64,000 nucleotides of DNA from Thermomicrobiales bacterium (GTDB lineage: Bacteria; Chloroflexota; Chloroflexia; Thermomicrobiales; UBA6265), in contig DASTFJ010000277.1 of NCBI GenBank assembly GCA_035708745.1, positions 20,098-84,097 of the forward strand, read 5' to 3'. The notes under the pieces are model-generated. The model made no database searches. It saw only the letters and a program-made list of their open reading frames with translations, and was not told where the DNA came from. The position numbers and the translations under genes were made by a program. Shown piece by piece: positions 28,783 through 40,218 of the stretch (its first letter is position 1; each line of letters starts with the position of its first letter).

Positions 28783-29775
28783 TTGACAGGCCATCCGAAC
28801 GCGACTGGCGGAATCCGCTTCCGCCTGCTGTTCGCGCTCCTCGCTTTGGCGATTGCAGTCGCCGGCACCGGAACCCTGGCCCAGGACGCCACCCCCGAAC
28901 CGGATGATGAATCGACCGCGGCCTCGAGCGAGCTCACCAGCGAGCTGCCGCCGCCCGATTTGCCATCCTCGAACCAACAGGGCTTCCAGTTCGAAATTGA
29001 CTCCGCCTCGAAAATCGATCTCGACGCCGTTCCACGCGAAGCGCCGGTCTACCAGTTGAACTGGAAGGAGCCAACGGAACGCCGCACCGAGCGCATCGCC
29101 GAGAAGCTCGGTATCGAGGGCGATGTCAACGACCGCGGCAATGGAAGCTTCGATGTCCAGGGCGATCAGGAGCTCTACGTCTCGTCCGGGCTGGTACAGT
29201 TCTTCTCACCCGAGCAGCCAAAAGACGGTGAATTGCCCGATGACGATGCCGCAATCGGCTTCGCGCGGGAATGGCTGCGCACCGCCGGATTGCTGCCGAA
29301 CAATGTCGACAATGGCAGCGTCGTCAGTCGCTCCGACGAAACGAGCCGCGTCATCGTCCAGTTCATTCCGCTCGAGCCGGAACACTTGATTGCCGCATAT
29401 CCGAGTGCCGTGGTCACCATCGGCCCTGGCGGCGAGATCATCGAAGCCTCCGTGCGATGGCCGGAGATCGATCGATACGACATCTACCAGCTCCGTGATC
29501 CAAAGGACGCCTGGGCGGAAGTCAGCAGCGGCGAAGCGTTTCTCGATGTCCAGCTTCCCGATGGTGTCGCCGATGAGCAAGGGGTGGTCAGCGGCAAGGC
29601 GACCTACACATCGATCGAGATCGGTTACACCACCGCCGGGCTGCCTGGCGGCGACCAATATCTGCAACCTGTCTATATCTTCGTCGGCCGATTCGTTCCG
29701 GACGGCAGCGATTCGTCGTACCGGATTCGCGCGTACGTCAGCGCCGTTGCGAACAGCGGCGCGCCCGTTGGATAG
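28783..29775 (+). CDS. Secreted or exported protein of unknown function
   Basis: Signal-peptide-like N-terminus (RFRLLFALLALAIAVAGTGTLAQD), then an acidic linker and an unrecognised body of about 270 aa. TTG start with GAAAGGAA RBS. Confidence 0.55.
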   Translation: MTGHPNATGGIRFRLLFALLALAIAVAGTGTLAQDATPEPDDESTAASSELTSELPPPDLPSSNQQGFQFEIDSASKIDLDAVPREAPVYQLNWKEPTERRTERIAEKLGIEGDVNDRGNGSFDVQGDQELYVSSGLVQFFSPEQPKDGELPDDDAAIGFAREWLRTAGLLPNNVDNGSVVSRSDETSRVIVQFIPLEPEHLIAAYPSAVVTIGPGGEIIEASVRWPEIDRYDIYQLRDPKDAWAEVSSGEAFLDVQLPDGVADEQGVVSGKATYTSIEIGYTTAGLPGGDQYLQPVYIFVGRFVPDGSDSSYRIRAYVSAVANSGAPVG

Positions 29776-29787
29776 GACCCATCGAAG

Positions 29788-30231
29788 GTGAGCGACCGCC
29801 ACTTCCTGGTGCTCAATGGCCCGAACCTGAACCTCCTCGGCACGCGCGAGCCAGGTATCTACGGTGCAACGACCTTACGTGACATCGTTGCGGCGCTCGA
29901 GCGGCAAGCCGCCGCCGCCGATCCACCTGCCACGATCGTCGCGCTGCAGTCCAATCACGAAGGTGAGTTGGTGGACGCCATTCAGACGCACGGTCCGCGC
30001 TCGCAGGCGATCATCATCAATCCGGGTGCGCTGAGCCATTACAGCATCGCGATTCGAGATGCGCTCACCGGAGTCGGCACGCCGGCTATCGAAGTGCATA
30101 TCAGCAATATCCACGCCCGCGAGGAGTTTCGGCGCCATTCGGTCATCTCCGCCATCGCGCGCGGCCAGGTCGTGGGACTCGGCGTCGAGGGCTACCGGCT
30201 GGCGCTCGATTTCTGTCTCGCGAACTACTAG
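29788..30231 (+). CDS. aroQ: Type II 3-dehydroquinate dehydratase
   Basis: LVLNGPNLNLLGTREPGIYG, SNHEGELVD, IINPGALSHYS and EVHISNIHAREEFRRHS. Confidence 0.95.
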   Translation: MSDRHFLVLNGPNLNLLGTREPGIYGATTLRDIVAALERQAAAADPPATIVALQSNHEGELVDAIQTHGPRSQAIIINPGALSHYSIAIRDALTGVGTPAIEVHISNIHAREEFRRHSVISAIARGQVVGLGVEGYRLALDFCLANY

Positions 30232-30247
30232 CGCCAGGAGCAGAACG

Positions 30248-31330
30248 ATGTCCCAGCGAATTGACGAGCTACGAGCGATCTTGCGCGACGAGGGCTGGGA
30301 CGCGCTCCTCATCTCCGATCCAGACAATCGCTATTTCGCCAGCGGCTATCGCGCGGCTGACCATTCCGGTCGCTCGAATGGCGTGCTGCTGATTACCCCA
30401 GCACGCGCCTTCCTCTTCACGAACCCCAACAACATCGATTGGGCTAAAGCCGCGGCGCCCGATTTCGAATCCGTCAAAACATCCGCCCCGTGGGAAAAGC
30501 AGGTCGGGGAAGCGATCCACGAGGCGGGTGTCCAGCGGCTCGGCGTCGAATCGGCCACCCTGCCGCACGCATCCTTCGTGCGCCTCACCGAGCACCTGGA
30601 CGGCGTCGAGACGATCGAAGTCGGCGATCGGATCGACCGCCTTCGGTGGGTAAAAACGCCTGAAGAAGTCGCATGGCAGCGCCGGGCGATCGCAATCACG
30701 GACAACGCATACGAACGGGTAGTCACATTACTGAAACCCGGTGTCACCGAGCGCGAGATGGCCAACCAGATCGCGATCTCGTTTCTCGAGCAGGGCGCCG
30801 ATGGATGGGGATTTCCGCCCACGGTCGCGTTCGGTCCCAATTCCGCGAAGCCCCATCACGATCCGGGAGACCGCAAGCTCGACGAAGGTGAGTCCATCAT
30901 CATCGATATCGGCGCCACCGTGAACGGGTACACCGCCGACCTCACCCGCACCAACTGGCTGGGTGACCCACCTGCCCAGCTCGCCGAGATTTACACTATC
31001 GTCCAGTCCGCGCAGAATGCGGCCCTGACGGCGGTGCGCGCCGGGACGCTGGCCAGAGAAGTCGACGCCGCCGCGCGCGACGTGATTGCCGCGGCCGGGT
31101 ATGGCGAGCAGTTTGTGCACGGCCTCGGTCACGGTATCGGTGTTCGCATCCATGACGGACCGTTTTTGCATGGGCGGAATGAAGATCCTTTGCCCGCCAA
31201 CTCGATTCTCACCATCGAGCCGGGCATTTATATTCGAGACCTTGGCGGAGTGCGCATCGAAGATGTCGTGCTCGTCACAGATGAAGGCTATGAGCTGTTG
31301 AGTCACGCGCCAAAGCGCCCACAGCTTTGA
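30248..31330 (+). CDS. pepP: M24-family Xaa-Pro aminopeptidase
   Basis: The creatinase-like N-terminal domain followed by FPPTVAFGPNSAKPHH, IIIDIGATVNGYTADLTRT, HGLGHGIGVRIHD, TIEPGIY and RIED metal ligands. I chose ATG 30248. Confidence 0.88.
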   Translation: MSQRIDELRAILRDEGWDALLISDPDNRYFASGYRAADHSGRSNGVLLITPARAFLFTNPNNIDWAKAAAPDFESVKTSAPWEKQVGEAIHEAGVQRLGVESATLPHASFVRLTEHLDGVETIEVGDRIDRLRWVKTPEEVAWQRRAIAITDNAYERVVTLLKPGVTEREMANQIAISFLEQGADGWGFPPTVAFGPNSAKPHHDPGDRKLDEGESIIIDIGATVNGYTADLTRTNWLGDPPAQLAEIYTIVQSAQNAALTAVRAGTLAREVDAAARDVIAAAGYGEQFVHGLGHGIGVRIHDGPFLHGRNEDPLPANSILTIEPGIYIRDLGGVRIEDVVLVTDEGYELLSHAPKRPQL

Positions 31331-31406
31331 TTTGTGTGGACACCGGCAAGGCGCCGGTGAAGTCGATGCGCGCAGACGCCAGCAGAGTCGATGAGGAGAA
31401 TAGACG

Positions 31407-31967
31407 TTGATCGAAACGGGTGATGTTCGGAAGGGCACCACGATGGAATTCGACGGCCGGTTGGTAAAGGTCGTCGATTTCTCGCACAACAAACAGGGGC
31501 GCGGCTCAGCGCAGCTCCGTATGACCCTTCGCGACCTGCGCACGGGCGCGATCACGAACCATTCGGTCCAGGCCGGCGCGCGGTTTCCCGCGGTCCGGCT
31601 CGAGCGCAACCATGTGCAGTTTCTCTATCGCGATGGCGACGGGTTCCATTTCATGGACCTCGATACCTTCGATCAGTTCATGCTGAACGAGGATGCCGTC
31701 GGCGATGCCGCCAAGTTCCTCAAGGACAACGACGAGCTCGATGTGATGACCTGGCAGGACGAGCCGATCGACCTCGAGCTTCCCACGTCGGTCACCCTCG
31801 AGGTCACGGAAACCGACCCGGGACTGAAAGGCGACACGGCCTCTGGCGGCACGAAACCCGCCACCCTCGAAACCGGGCTGGTGGTCAATGTTCCGCTCTT
31901 CATCAATATCGGCGAGATTTTGCGGGTCGACACTCGCTCCGGCGAGTACATCGAGCGAGCCAGCTAG
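31407..31967 (+). CDS. efp: Elongation factor P
   Basis: 186 aa with GDVRKGTTMEFDGRLVKVVDFSHNKQGRGSAQLRMTLRDLRTG and C-terminal ETGLVVNVPLFI. Confidence 0.95.
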   Translation: MIETGDVRKGTTMEFDGRLVKVVDFSHNKQGRGSAQLRMTLRDLRTGAITNHSVQAGARFPAVRLERNHVQFLYRDGDGFHFMDLDTFDQFMLNEDAVGDAAKFLKDNDELDVMTWQDEPIDLELPTSVTLEVTETDPGLKGDTASGGTKPATLETGLVVNVPLFINIGEILRVDTRSGEYIERAS

Positions 31968-31991
31968 TCATTCCCCGGAGGGCAGCGCGTC

Positions 31992-32453
31992 ATGCCAGAA
32001 AACCCAGCTTCCTGGGAAGACATCGCCGATTTCATTCAGGACGCGGCGCGCCAGATGCGCGAGTTCGGACTGACGACCCTGGACGTCGAGCACGACGGCT
32101 CCCGCGTGCGCATCAAGATCGAAGCGCCGCGAATCGTCCATACCGAACCGGCCACGAGCGCCCCCGTGATGCATGCGACACTCTCACCGAGCGCCGATTC
32201 GATGGTGGCCGATCTTATCGTGACCTCACCCATGATTGGGACGTTCTATGCATCGCCCAGTCCGAGTGACCCACCGTTCGTCGAGGAGGGCGATTCGATC
32301 GAAGTCGGCCAGGTGATCGGCATCATCGAAGCCATGAAGATCATGAACGAGATCACCTCCGAGCACGAAGGCACGATTTCGAAGATCCTCGTCAAGAACG
32401 CGCAGGCGGTCGAATACGGCCAGCCGCTGTTCCACATCGCTCCGGCCGACTGA
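31992..32453 (+). CDS. accB: Acetyl-CoA carboxylase biotin carboxyl carrier protein
   Basis: SPMIGTFY...GQVIGIIEAMKIMNEI, the biotinyl-lysine EAMKM/I motif. Confidence 0.92.
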   Translation: MPENPASWEDIADFIQDAARQMREFGLTTLDVEHDGSRVRIKIEAPRIVHTEPATSAPVMHATLSPSADSMVADLIVTSPMIGTFYASPSPSDPPFVEEGDSIEVGQVIGIIEAMKIMNEITSEHEGTISKILVKNAQAVEYGQPLFHIAPAD

Positions 32454-32459
32454 GCCGCA

Positions 32460-33740
32460 ATGCTCGATACGCCGCGCTCGGTGCGAGAGATCACCGATCA
32501 CATTCGCGACCTCTTCGAGGCAGATCCGCTCCTCGGCGATCTTTGGATTACCGGTGAGGTGTTGGAATCGACCGTTTCACGATCCGGTCACGTCTTTTTC
32601 ACCCTGGCCGGCGATGACGCCCAAATCCGCTGCGTTCTCTTCCGCATGAATGCGCTCCGCCAACGCTCCCTCCCCTCCTCGGGTTCGGCCTGCGTGGCCC
32701 ATGGCCGGGTCGAAATCTATGCGGGCGACGGCACGTACCAATTTTATGTCGATCTGGTCGAGGAAGCTGGTATTGGCCTCGCGGCGCTCGAGCTCGAGCT
32801 GCTGCGGCAACAACTGGAAGCCGAGGGGCTCTTTTCCGAATCGCGGAAGCGGCCGCTTCCGGCAAACCCGTCGACCATCGGCGTCGTCACGTCGGCCACC
32901 GGCGCGGTTTGGCATGACATTCAAAATGTCATTCGTCGCCGCTCTCCCTTTGTCCAGCTCCTGATGGCTCCCGCCGCCGTGCAGGGGAATGCTGCCCCTG
33001 AATCGCTCTACGAAGCACTCCAGGCGCTGATTCTCGATGGTCGACCGGAGGTCATCATCATCGCTCGTGGCGGTGGCTCGGCATCCGATTTGGCGTCGTT
33101 CAATGATGAGAGTCTCGTCCGCGCGGTCTTCGCCGCGCCGGTCCCGGTCGTCAGCGCGATCGGCCATGAAACCGACTGGACCCTGCTCGATCTCGTCGCC
33201 GATCTGCGCGCTCCCACTCCAAGCGCTGCTGCCGAGCTGGTGACACCGTCCATCGAGCCCCAGCTCGATTCGCTCGTCGCTGGGTTGCTCCTGCAATCGT
33301 CGCGCTTCGAGCGCGAGCTCGCTTCCCAAACGATGGACCTCGAACGCTTGTCCGACCGGCTGGACCGCGTCGGTCCTGCTGCCCGAATCCGCGAGCGCCG
33401 AACCACTACACTCAGCCGGCAGTTGCGGCTGATGGAGCTGGCAACCCAGCGTTCGATCGAAGCGAGCGAACGAATTGCCACAATGCAGGACAGTATGATC
33501 GCTATGGAACGGCGCTCCTCACACCACCGGCAGGAGCGATTCTCGCACGCCGCCGATCTTTTGCAGGCATTGTCCCCAACGAAGACCATGGAGCGCGGGT
33601 ATGCTTTCGTCGAGCATCGGGAATCCGGACGGCCGCTGAAAGCCGTTGCCGAAATCTCCGCCGGTGACCAGCTTCGCACGCGGTTCCTCGACGGCTCGAT
33701 CGAATCCACGGTGACCAGCGTTTCCACGAGCACGTTTTGA
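32460..33740 (+). CDS. xseA: Exodeoxyribonuclease VII large subunit
   Basis: OB-fold N-terminus (LWITGEV...SGHVFFTL), IGVVTSATGAVWHDI, IIIARGGGS and SAIGHETD. Confidence 0.92.
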   Translation: MLDTPRSVREITDHIRDLFEADPLLGDLWITGEVLESTVSRSGHVFFTLAGDDAQIRCVLFRMNALRQRSLPSSGSACVAHGRVEIYAGDGTYQFYVDLVEEAGIGLAALELELLRQQLEAEGLFSESRKRPLPANPSTIGVVTSATGAVWHDIQNVIRRRSPFVQLLMAPAAVQGNAAPESLYEALQALILDGRPEVIIIARGGGSASDLASFNDESLVRAVFAAPVPVVSAIGHETDWTLLDLVADLRAPTPSAAAELVTPSIEPQLDSLVAGLLLQSSRFERELASQTMDLERLSDRLDRVGPAARIRERRTTTLSRQLRLMELATQRSIEASERIATMQDSMIAMERRSSHHRQERFSHAADLLQALSPTKTMERGYAFVEHRESGRPLKAVAEISAGDQLRTRFLDGSIESTVTSVSTSTF

Positions 33741-33755
33741 GGTGCATCGACCGGT

Positions 33756-34019
33756 ATGTCCACCGATCTGGCCATCTCCATAGCAACTTGGCAATCCGCC
33801 AGCGTCGACGGCTCCTTCGAGGAGTCGATCGCGGCGCTGGAGGCGATCGTCACGCTGCTCGATAGCGGCGAGCTGACCCTCGATCAATCGCTCGATTGCT
33901 TCGAGCTGGGCGCTCGTCTCAGCAATCGTTGCCAGCATCTGCTGGAACAAGCAGAGCTCCGCGTCGAATTGGTCCAGCGCACGCTCGAAACTGACGCCAC
34001 TTCGGAACCACCGTTCTAG
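33756..34019 (+). CDS. xseB: Exodeoxyribonuclease VII small subunit
   Basis: 87 aa with SFEESIAALEAIVTLLDSGELTLDQSLDCFELG. Confidence 0.9.
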   Translation: MSTDLAISIATWQSASVDGSFEESIAALEAIVTLLDSGELTLDQSLDCFELGARLSNRCQHLLEQAELRVELVQRTLETDATSEPPF

Positions 34020-34029
34020 GACCGCCCAG

Positions 34030-35055
34030 ATGACCGATTCCGCGTTGCCAGTCGGAAAGCTACCGTTCGAGCTCCTTGGCTCGCTGCTTTCGTCGCTCAC
34101 GCCGGTCGACGATTCGGTCGTCGTCGGCCCAGGACTCGGTCGCGATGCCGCGGTGCTCGATATCGGCGGAACGCTCCTTGTCGTCAAGAACGACCCGATC
34201 ACGTTCGTCACCCGGGAAGCCGGCGTCTATCTCGTCAACGTCAACGCCAACGACCTCAGCTGCCTCGGCGCGGTTCCCCGTTGGATGCTCGTCACCGCGC
34301 TGCTGCCCGAACACGGTTCGACGCCGGCACTGGTTGCTGAGCTCTTCACGCAGCTTCGCGATACATGCGCATCGCTCGGCATCTCTCTGGTCGGGGGACA
34401 CACGGAGATCACAGCCGGCGTTCCCAGAGCGCTCCTCATTGGAACGCTGATCGGAACGGCTTCCCCGGAAGAGTTGCTTCGTCCTGGAAACGCCAATCGT
34501 GGTGACCGGCTGCTCCTGGCGCGGCCGGCGGGAATCGAAGGCACCGCCCTGCTTGCTTTGGAACGCGAATCCGAGTTGACCGCCAGATTCGGTGCCGAAT
34601 TCGTCACGGGCGCCCAGAGGCTGCTGCACGATCCCGGAATCTCGGTCGTGTCGATTGCCCGAACGTTGCTCGGAACCGAGGCCATCACCTCTCTGCACGA
34701 TCCGACCGAAGGTGGAGTCGCCACTGGCGTCCGCGAGATCGCCGCCGCATCCGGTCTCGGTGCGGTGATGAACCGCGATCTCGTCCCGCTGATGAACGAA
34801 ACACGCAACATTGCCGAGTACTACAGCATCGACCCGCTCGGTATGCTGTCGTCCGGAACGCTGCTCGCAACCACCCCGCCCGAAAACGTGGAGCGGGTGC
34901 TCGCTCACGCAAGGTCGGCCGGCATCGATATTGCCGTCATCGGAAAGCTGACCTCGCCTGTGTCCGGATTCCAGCTCCTCGAGCAGAATCGGTCGCGCGA
35001 GCTGCCCGCATTTCAGACCGACGAAGTCACGCGAGCCCTCGCGGCTGCGCCATAG
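34030..35055 (+). CDS. AIR synthase-related (PurM/ThiL/HypE-fold) protein
   Basis: GRDAAVLDIGG...VVKNDPITF, NVNANDLSCLGA, GGHTE and the C-terminal PurM_C-like domain. Specific function not assignable. Confidence 0.7.
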   Translation: MTDSALPVGKLPFELLGSLLSSLTPVDDSVVVGPGLGRDAAVLDIGGTLLVVKNDPITFVTREAGVYLVNVNANDLSCLGAVPRWMLVTALLPEHGSTPALVAELFTQLRDTCASLGISLVGGHTEITAGVPRALLIGTLIGTASPEELLRPGNANRGDRLLLARPAGIEGTALLALERESELTARFGAEFVTGAQRLLHDPGISVVSIARTLLGTEAITSLHDPTEGGVATGVREIAAASGLGAVMNRDLVPLMNETRNIAEYYSIDPLGMLSSGTLLATTPPENVERVLAHARSAGIDIAVIGKLTSPVSGFQLLEQNRSRELPAFQTDEVTRALAAAP

Positions 35056-35070
35056 GAAGGGAGAGAGCCC

Positions 35071-36012
35071 ATGACCCAGGGGATCGTCGTTGCCTCAGCC
35101 AACGGCTCGGTCGGGATCGAAGCTGCCATCGACATACTCCGAAGCGGCGGTTCGGCGATCGATGCGGTCGTCGTTGCGCTCTCCCTGGTCGAGGCAAATC
35201 CCGACGACCATAGCGTCGGATACTCCGGATACCCCAACATGCTGGGTCAGGTCGAGCTCGACGCCAGTCTGATGGAGGGCAGCGGCCTTCGAGCCGGAAG
35301 CGTAGCTGCCCTGCAGGACTACCAGGATGCGGCTAAGCTCGCGCGCGCCGTTATGGACGGCCTCCCGCACGTTCTCATCGTCGGTGAGGGAGCCCGCCGC
35401 CTGGCCGCCGAGTCCGGGCTCGAGCAAAAGAATCTCACCACACCCGAATCCCTGGAAATCTGGCGCTCACGCGCCTACGACCTGGCAACGATCGGATCGG
35501 CTCAGGAAAACTACTACGCTCATATGCGCGAGTTGGTGAATGCGATGAGCTCGGATCCGCAGCTCGTCGACGTGCATGGCACCGTGAACTTCCTTTGCCG
35601 CGATCGCAACGGTGAGTTCGCGTCCGGCGTCAGCACGTCAGGCTGGGCGTGGAAATATCCCGGACGCGTCGGCGACTCCCCGATCATTGGAGCCGGCAAT
35701 TACTGCGACAACCGTTGGGGCGCTGCTGCCTGCACCGGCCGCGGCGAAATGGCCCAGCGCTGCTGCACCGCCCACAGCGTCGTCACGTTTATGCGCTTCG
35801 GCATGTCGCTCGACGATGCCTTGCGGCAGGCCATGGCCGATCTGAAACAGCTCGACGATCCCTTCGCGAGCGAGATGAACATCGTCGGACTCGACAAAGA
35901 CGGAAATCCCGGGGGCGCCTCCACCTCAGAGGGAAAGACCTTCGTCGTCATGGACGAATCGATGTCGACCTGGGACGAGCGCCCGCGACAAACCGTCGAC
36001 ATCTTCGCTTGA
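35071..36012 (+). CDS. Ntn-hydrolase asparaginase-2 family protein (glycosylasparaginase / isoaspartyl peptidase-like)
   Basis: Autoprocessing site HGT|VNF, then GRVGDSPIIGAGNY and CTGRGE. Confidence 0.82.
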   Translation: MTQGIVVASANGSVGIEAAIDILRSGGSAIDAVVVALSLVEANPDDHSVGYSGYPNMLGQVELDASLMEGSGLRAGSVAALQDYQDAAKLARAVMDGLPHVLIVGEGARRLAAESGLEQKNLTTPESLEIWRSRAYDLATIGSAQENYYAHMRELVNAMSSDPQLVDVHGTVNFLCRDRNGEFASGVSTSGWAWKYPGRVGDSPIIGAGNYCDNRWGAAACTGRGEMAQRCCTAHSVVTFMRFGMSLDDALRQAMADLKQLDDPFASEMNIVGLDKDGNPGGASTSEGKTFVVMDESMSTWDERPRQTVDIFA

Positions 36013-36025
36013 CCCAGCTGTTCTA

Positions 36026-37234
36026 ATGCGCCGCAAAATTTCCGATGAAGAACGACGTTCCCGGCTCGGCCGGCGACATGCGCTGGCGAATGAGTGCAAG
36101 GTCTCGACGGCGCGCGCCGTCGCCTCGGCGGTAGTCGCCATCCACGGTACCGATCCCAGCTCGACCGTACTCGGAATACTGGCGCGATCGCGTGGGCTGA
36201 CGATACCGGACGTCGAGGAAACCATCTACACCGAGCGTACCCTGGTTCGGGTGCTCGCCATGCGCAGAACGCTTTTCGCGGTGGACTACATCATCGCGCC
36301 CTCGATCTGGGTTGCGTTCGACAACACGGTCGCCCGCAACCAGCGCCGGCTCCTCGAAAAATTGGTGCAGGAGAGCGGTGTCAGCACCGACCCGGCGAGT
36401 TGGATCCGGATTGCCGAAAATCGCTTACTGGAAATCATCGATGCCAATCCCGGACGCACTGGTGCGCAGCTTGCGGCCGAGGATGAGCTCGTCGCCCAGC
36501 GCGTAAAGGTCGGAGGGAGTTCCATCTACGCCACTGAAGTATCGGTCGCCAGCAGACTTCTCACGCTACTGTCGGCCGAAGGACGCGTGATTCGGGGACG
36601 GCCCGTTGGGAGTTGGACCTCGACGCAATTCACCTGGTCCGCCACAGAGCAATGGCGAGACGACTGGCCCAAGCGGCCAGAGCACTCCGCCGATGCCGAT
36701 CTGGAGATTGCCGCCTCCTGGCTTGAGCAATTCGGTCCGGCGCTCATCGACGATTTCAGTTGGTGGACAGGATGGCCGAAGGGCAGAACGCGGAAAGCGT
36801 TTGCAGCGGCTGGCGCCGTGCAGGTTGAGCTCGACGCTGGCGAAGGTTGGGTGCTCGCCTCTGATGTTGAACCCACCGAAGCCCCAGAACCGTGGGTCGC
36901 CCTGCTGCCCGGCCTCGACTCGACGACGATGGGCTGGAAGCAACGGGGCTTTTATCTTGGTCCCCATGCCGCGCGGCTTTTCGACGACGTGGGCAACGCC
37001 GGTCCGACCGTTTGGGTCGATGGTCGCATCGTGGGCGGTTGGACCCAGCTCGACGAAGGGCCGGTAGTCTACGAGCTCTTCGAAGAACTGGGCCGGGATC
37101 GCCACATCGAGCTCGATCGAGAAGCAGCTCGGTTGACTGCGCTGCTGGCGGAAGCTCGCTTGAAACCCAGAGCGCGTCGCTGGACGGAATCTGAGCGAGC
37201 ACTCCGCGCTAGACATTCGAAAACAGTCGAATGA
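36026..37234 (+). CDS. Winged-helix DNA-binding protein of the YcaQ/AlkZ-like (HTH_42) family; putative crosslink-repair glycosylase family
   Basis: About 400 aa. The N-terminus (RSRLGRRHAL...VVAIHGTDPSSTVLGILAR...RTLVRVLAMRRTLF) is typical of this family. The assignment is from memory of family features, not a search. Confidence 0.55.
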   Translation: MRRKISDEERRSRLGRRHALANECKVSTARAVASAVVAIHGTDPSSTVLGILARSRGLTIPDVEETIYTERTLVRVLAMRRTLFAVDYIIAPSIWVAFDNTVARNQRRLLEKLVQESGVSTDPASWIRIAENRLLEIIDANPGRTGAQLAAEDELVAQRVKVGGSSIYATEVSVASRLLTLLSAEGRVIRGRPVGSWTSTQFTWSATEQWRDDWPKRPEHSADADLEIAASWLEQFGPALIDDFSWWTGWPKGRTRKAFAAAGAVQVELDAGEGWVLASDVEPTEAPEPWVALLPGLDSTTMGWKQRGFYLGPHAARLFDDVGNAGPTVWVDGRIVGGWTQLDEGPVVYELFEELGRDRHIELDREAARLTALLAEARLKPRARRWTESERALRARHSKTVE

Positions 37235-37238
37235 AAAC

Positions 37239-37265
37239 GGCCGGGAATCGAAACGATTCCCGGCC
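37239..37265 (-). terminator. Intrinsic terminator downstream of rho, overlapping the 3' end region of the convergent gene
   Basis: GGCCGGGAATCG-AAA-CGATTCCCGGCC. On the minus strand it is followed by GTTTTCATTC. Confidence 0.75.
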
Positions 37266-37292
37266 ATCGACCTGCTCTCACAGAACGAAGAG

Positions 37293-38798
<1,506 letters not shown>

Positions 38799-39106
38799 GT
38801 GTATTTCTCCGTTATCGGACAGTTGGGCGCCCTCCACAGGGCAACCCTGCCACGCCTGGCGTCTGTTGGCCGGCGAGCAAAACGATCGTTATGAGGAACG
38901 CCCCAGATTATGAGGGAGCGTGTTCAGAGCACTCGAACACCGTACGATTGTCTGCTGCATTGCATTCAGTGGGATGCTCTTCGAGTCTTTTTGCGCGCAC
39001 CGAAAGCCCATCGTAACGCGCCAGAAATATCACCGCCGTTGCGGTTTTCGACTCCGGTTAGGAACCCACGCACAGGCAGAGGTATTGGTGCCTGTTGGGT
39101 GTCCAA

Positions 39107-39135
39107 ATCGTACCATGCGTCGCTGACAACGTCAA
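39107..39135 (-). promoter_or_regulatory. Predicted rho promoter (TTGACG-N17-TACGAT) overlapping the glpX stop. It implies a leader of about 300 nt.
   Basis: The plus strand shows ATCGTA at 39107-12 and CGTCAA at 39130-35, with a 17-nt spacer. Confidence 0.5.
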
Positions 39136-40166
39136 TTCATCTTCTCGCGTTCCTGAGGCTGTTCCATGCGGGCTTGAGGAGAAAGGTTGCGCAAATTCCG
39201 CAATTGTTCCAGCTTTTCGTGCCGGTGCTCTGCATCGATTCGTCGCACCGTGCCAGACGCCGACCGCATCACAAGGGTCTGCGTCGTCGCGCCGTGGCTG
39301 GTCAAATGCACGCCACGCAGCAATTCCCCATCGGTAATACCCGTCGCGGAGAAGAAAATATTGCGGCCGCTGACCAGATCGCGGGTCGCGAACTTGCGCC
39401 CGACATCGATCTTGTCTCGCTCCACGATCGCCTGTTCTTCTTCATTACGAATCCACAGTCGGCCCTGGATCGCTCCACCGACACAAGTAAGTGCCGCGGC
39501 CGCGACGACCGCTTCCGGCGCTCCGCCGATCCCCATCAGGACATCGACTCCGGTCCCCGGGATCGCTGTCATGATGGCCCCCGCCACGTCACCATCCGTG
39601 ATCAATTTGATTCTGGATCCGGTTGACCGGACCTCGGCGATGAGATCCACGTGGCGTGGCCGGTCGAGAATGATCACGACCAGGTCTTCGACACGCTTCT
39701 TGAGCGCCCGCGAAATCCGGCCAAGATTCTCGCTTGGACTGAGATCGATATCGATTACATCGGCCGCTTCCGGCCCGACTGCAATCTTCTGCATATACGC
39801 GATATCGGCGCACGTGAACATCGTTCCACGGTCGGAGAGCGCCACGACTGAAAGCGCATTGGGCATGCCATTCGCCAACAGCCGCGTGCCGTCGATTGGA
39901 TCGACGGCGATGTCGACCTTCGGATGCTCTCCCGTACCGACCTGTTCACCGACAAAGAGCATCGGCGCCTCGTCCTTTGCGCCTTCGCCAATCACGACAA
40001 TGCCATCCATCTCGACCGATCCGAGGAAATACCGCATGGCATCGACGGCGGCCTGGTCGGCGTCTTCCTTTCGCCCTTTTCCCATCCACGCTGCTGATGC
40101 CAGTGCGGCGGATTCAGTAACGCGGGCAAGCTCGAGCGCCAGATTTCGGTCGATCACGTCGGACAT
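39132..40166 (-). CDS. glpX: Class II fructose-1,6-bisphosphatase (GlpX)
   Basis: MSDVIDRNLALELARVTESAALASA...GKGRKEDADQAAVDAMR, AVDPIDGT and the C-terminal GATTQTLVMR. I chose ATG 40166. Confidence 0.92.
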   Translation of the reverse strand: MSDVIDRNLALELARVTESAALASAAWMGKGRKEDADQAAVDAMRYFLGSVEMDGIVVIGEGAKDEAPMLFVGEQVGTGEHPKVDIAVDPIDGTRLLANGMPNALSVVALSDRGTMFTCADIAYMQKIAVGPEAADVIDIDLSPSENLGRISRALKKRVEDLVVIILDRPRHVDLIAEVRSTGSRIKLITDGDVAGAIMTAIPGTGVDVLMGIGGAPEAVVAAAALTCVGGAIQGRLWIRNEEEQAIVERDKIDVGRKFATRDLVSGRNIFFSATGITDGELLRGVHLTSHGATTQTLVMRSASGTVRRIDAEHRHEKLEQLRNLRNLSPQARMEQPQEREKMN

Positions 40167-40218
40167 GCGAACCTCACCACTCAGAATCGATTGCGCTGGC
40201 AGCGCCACTTTCGTCAGT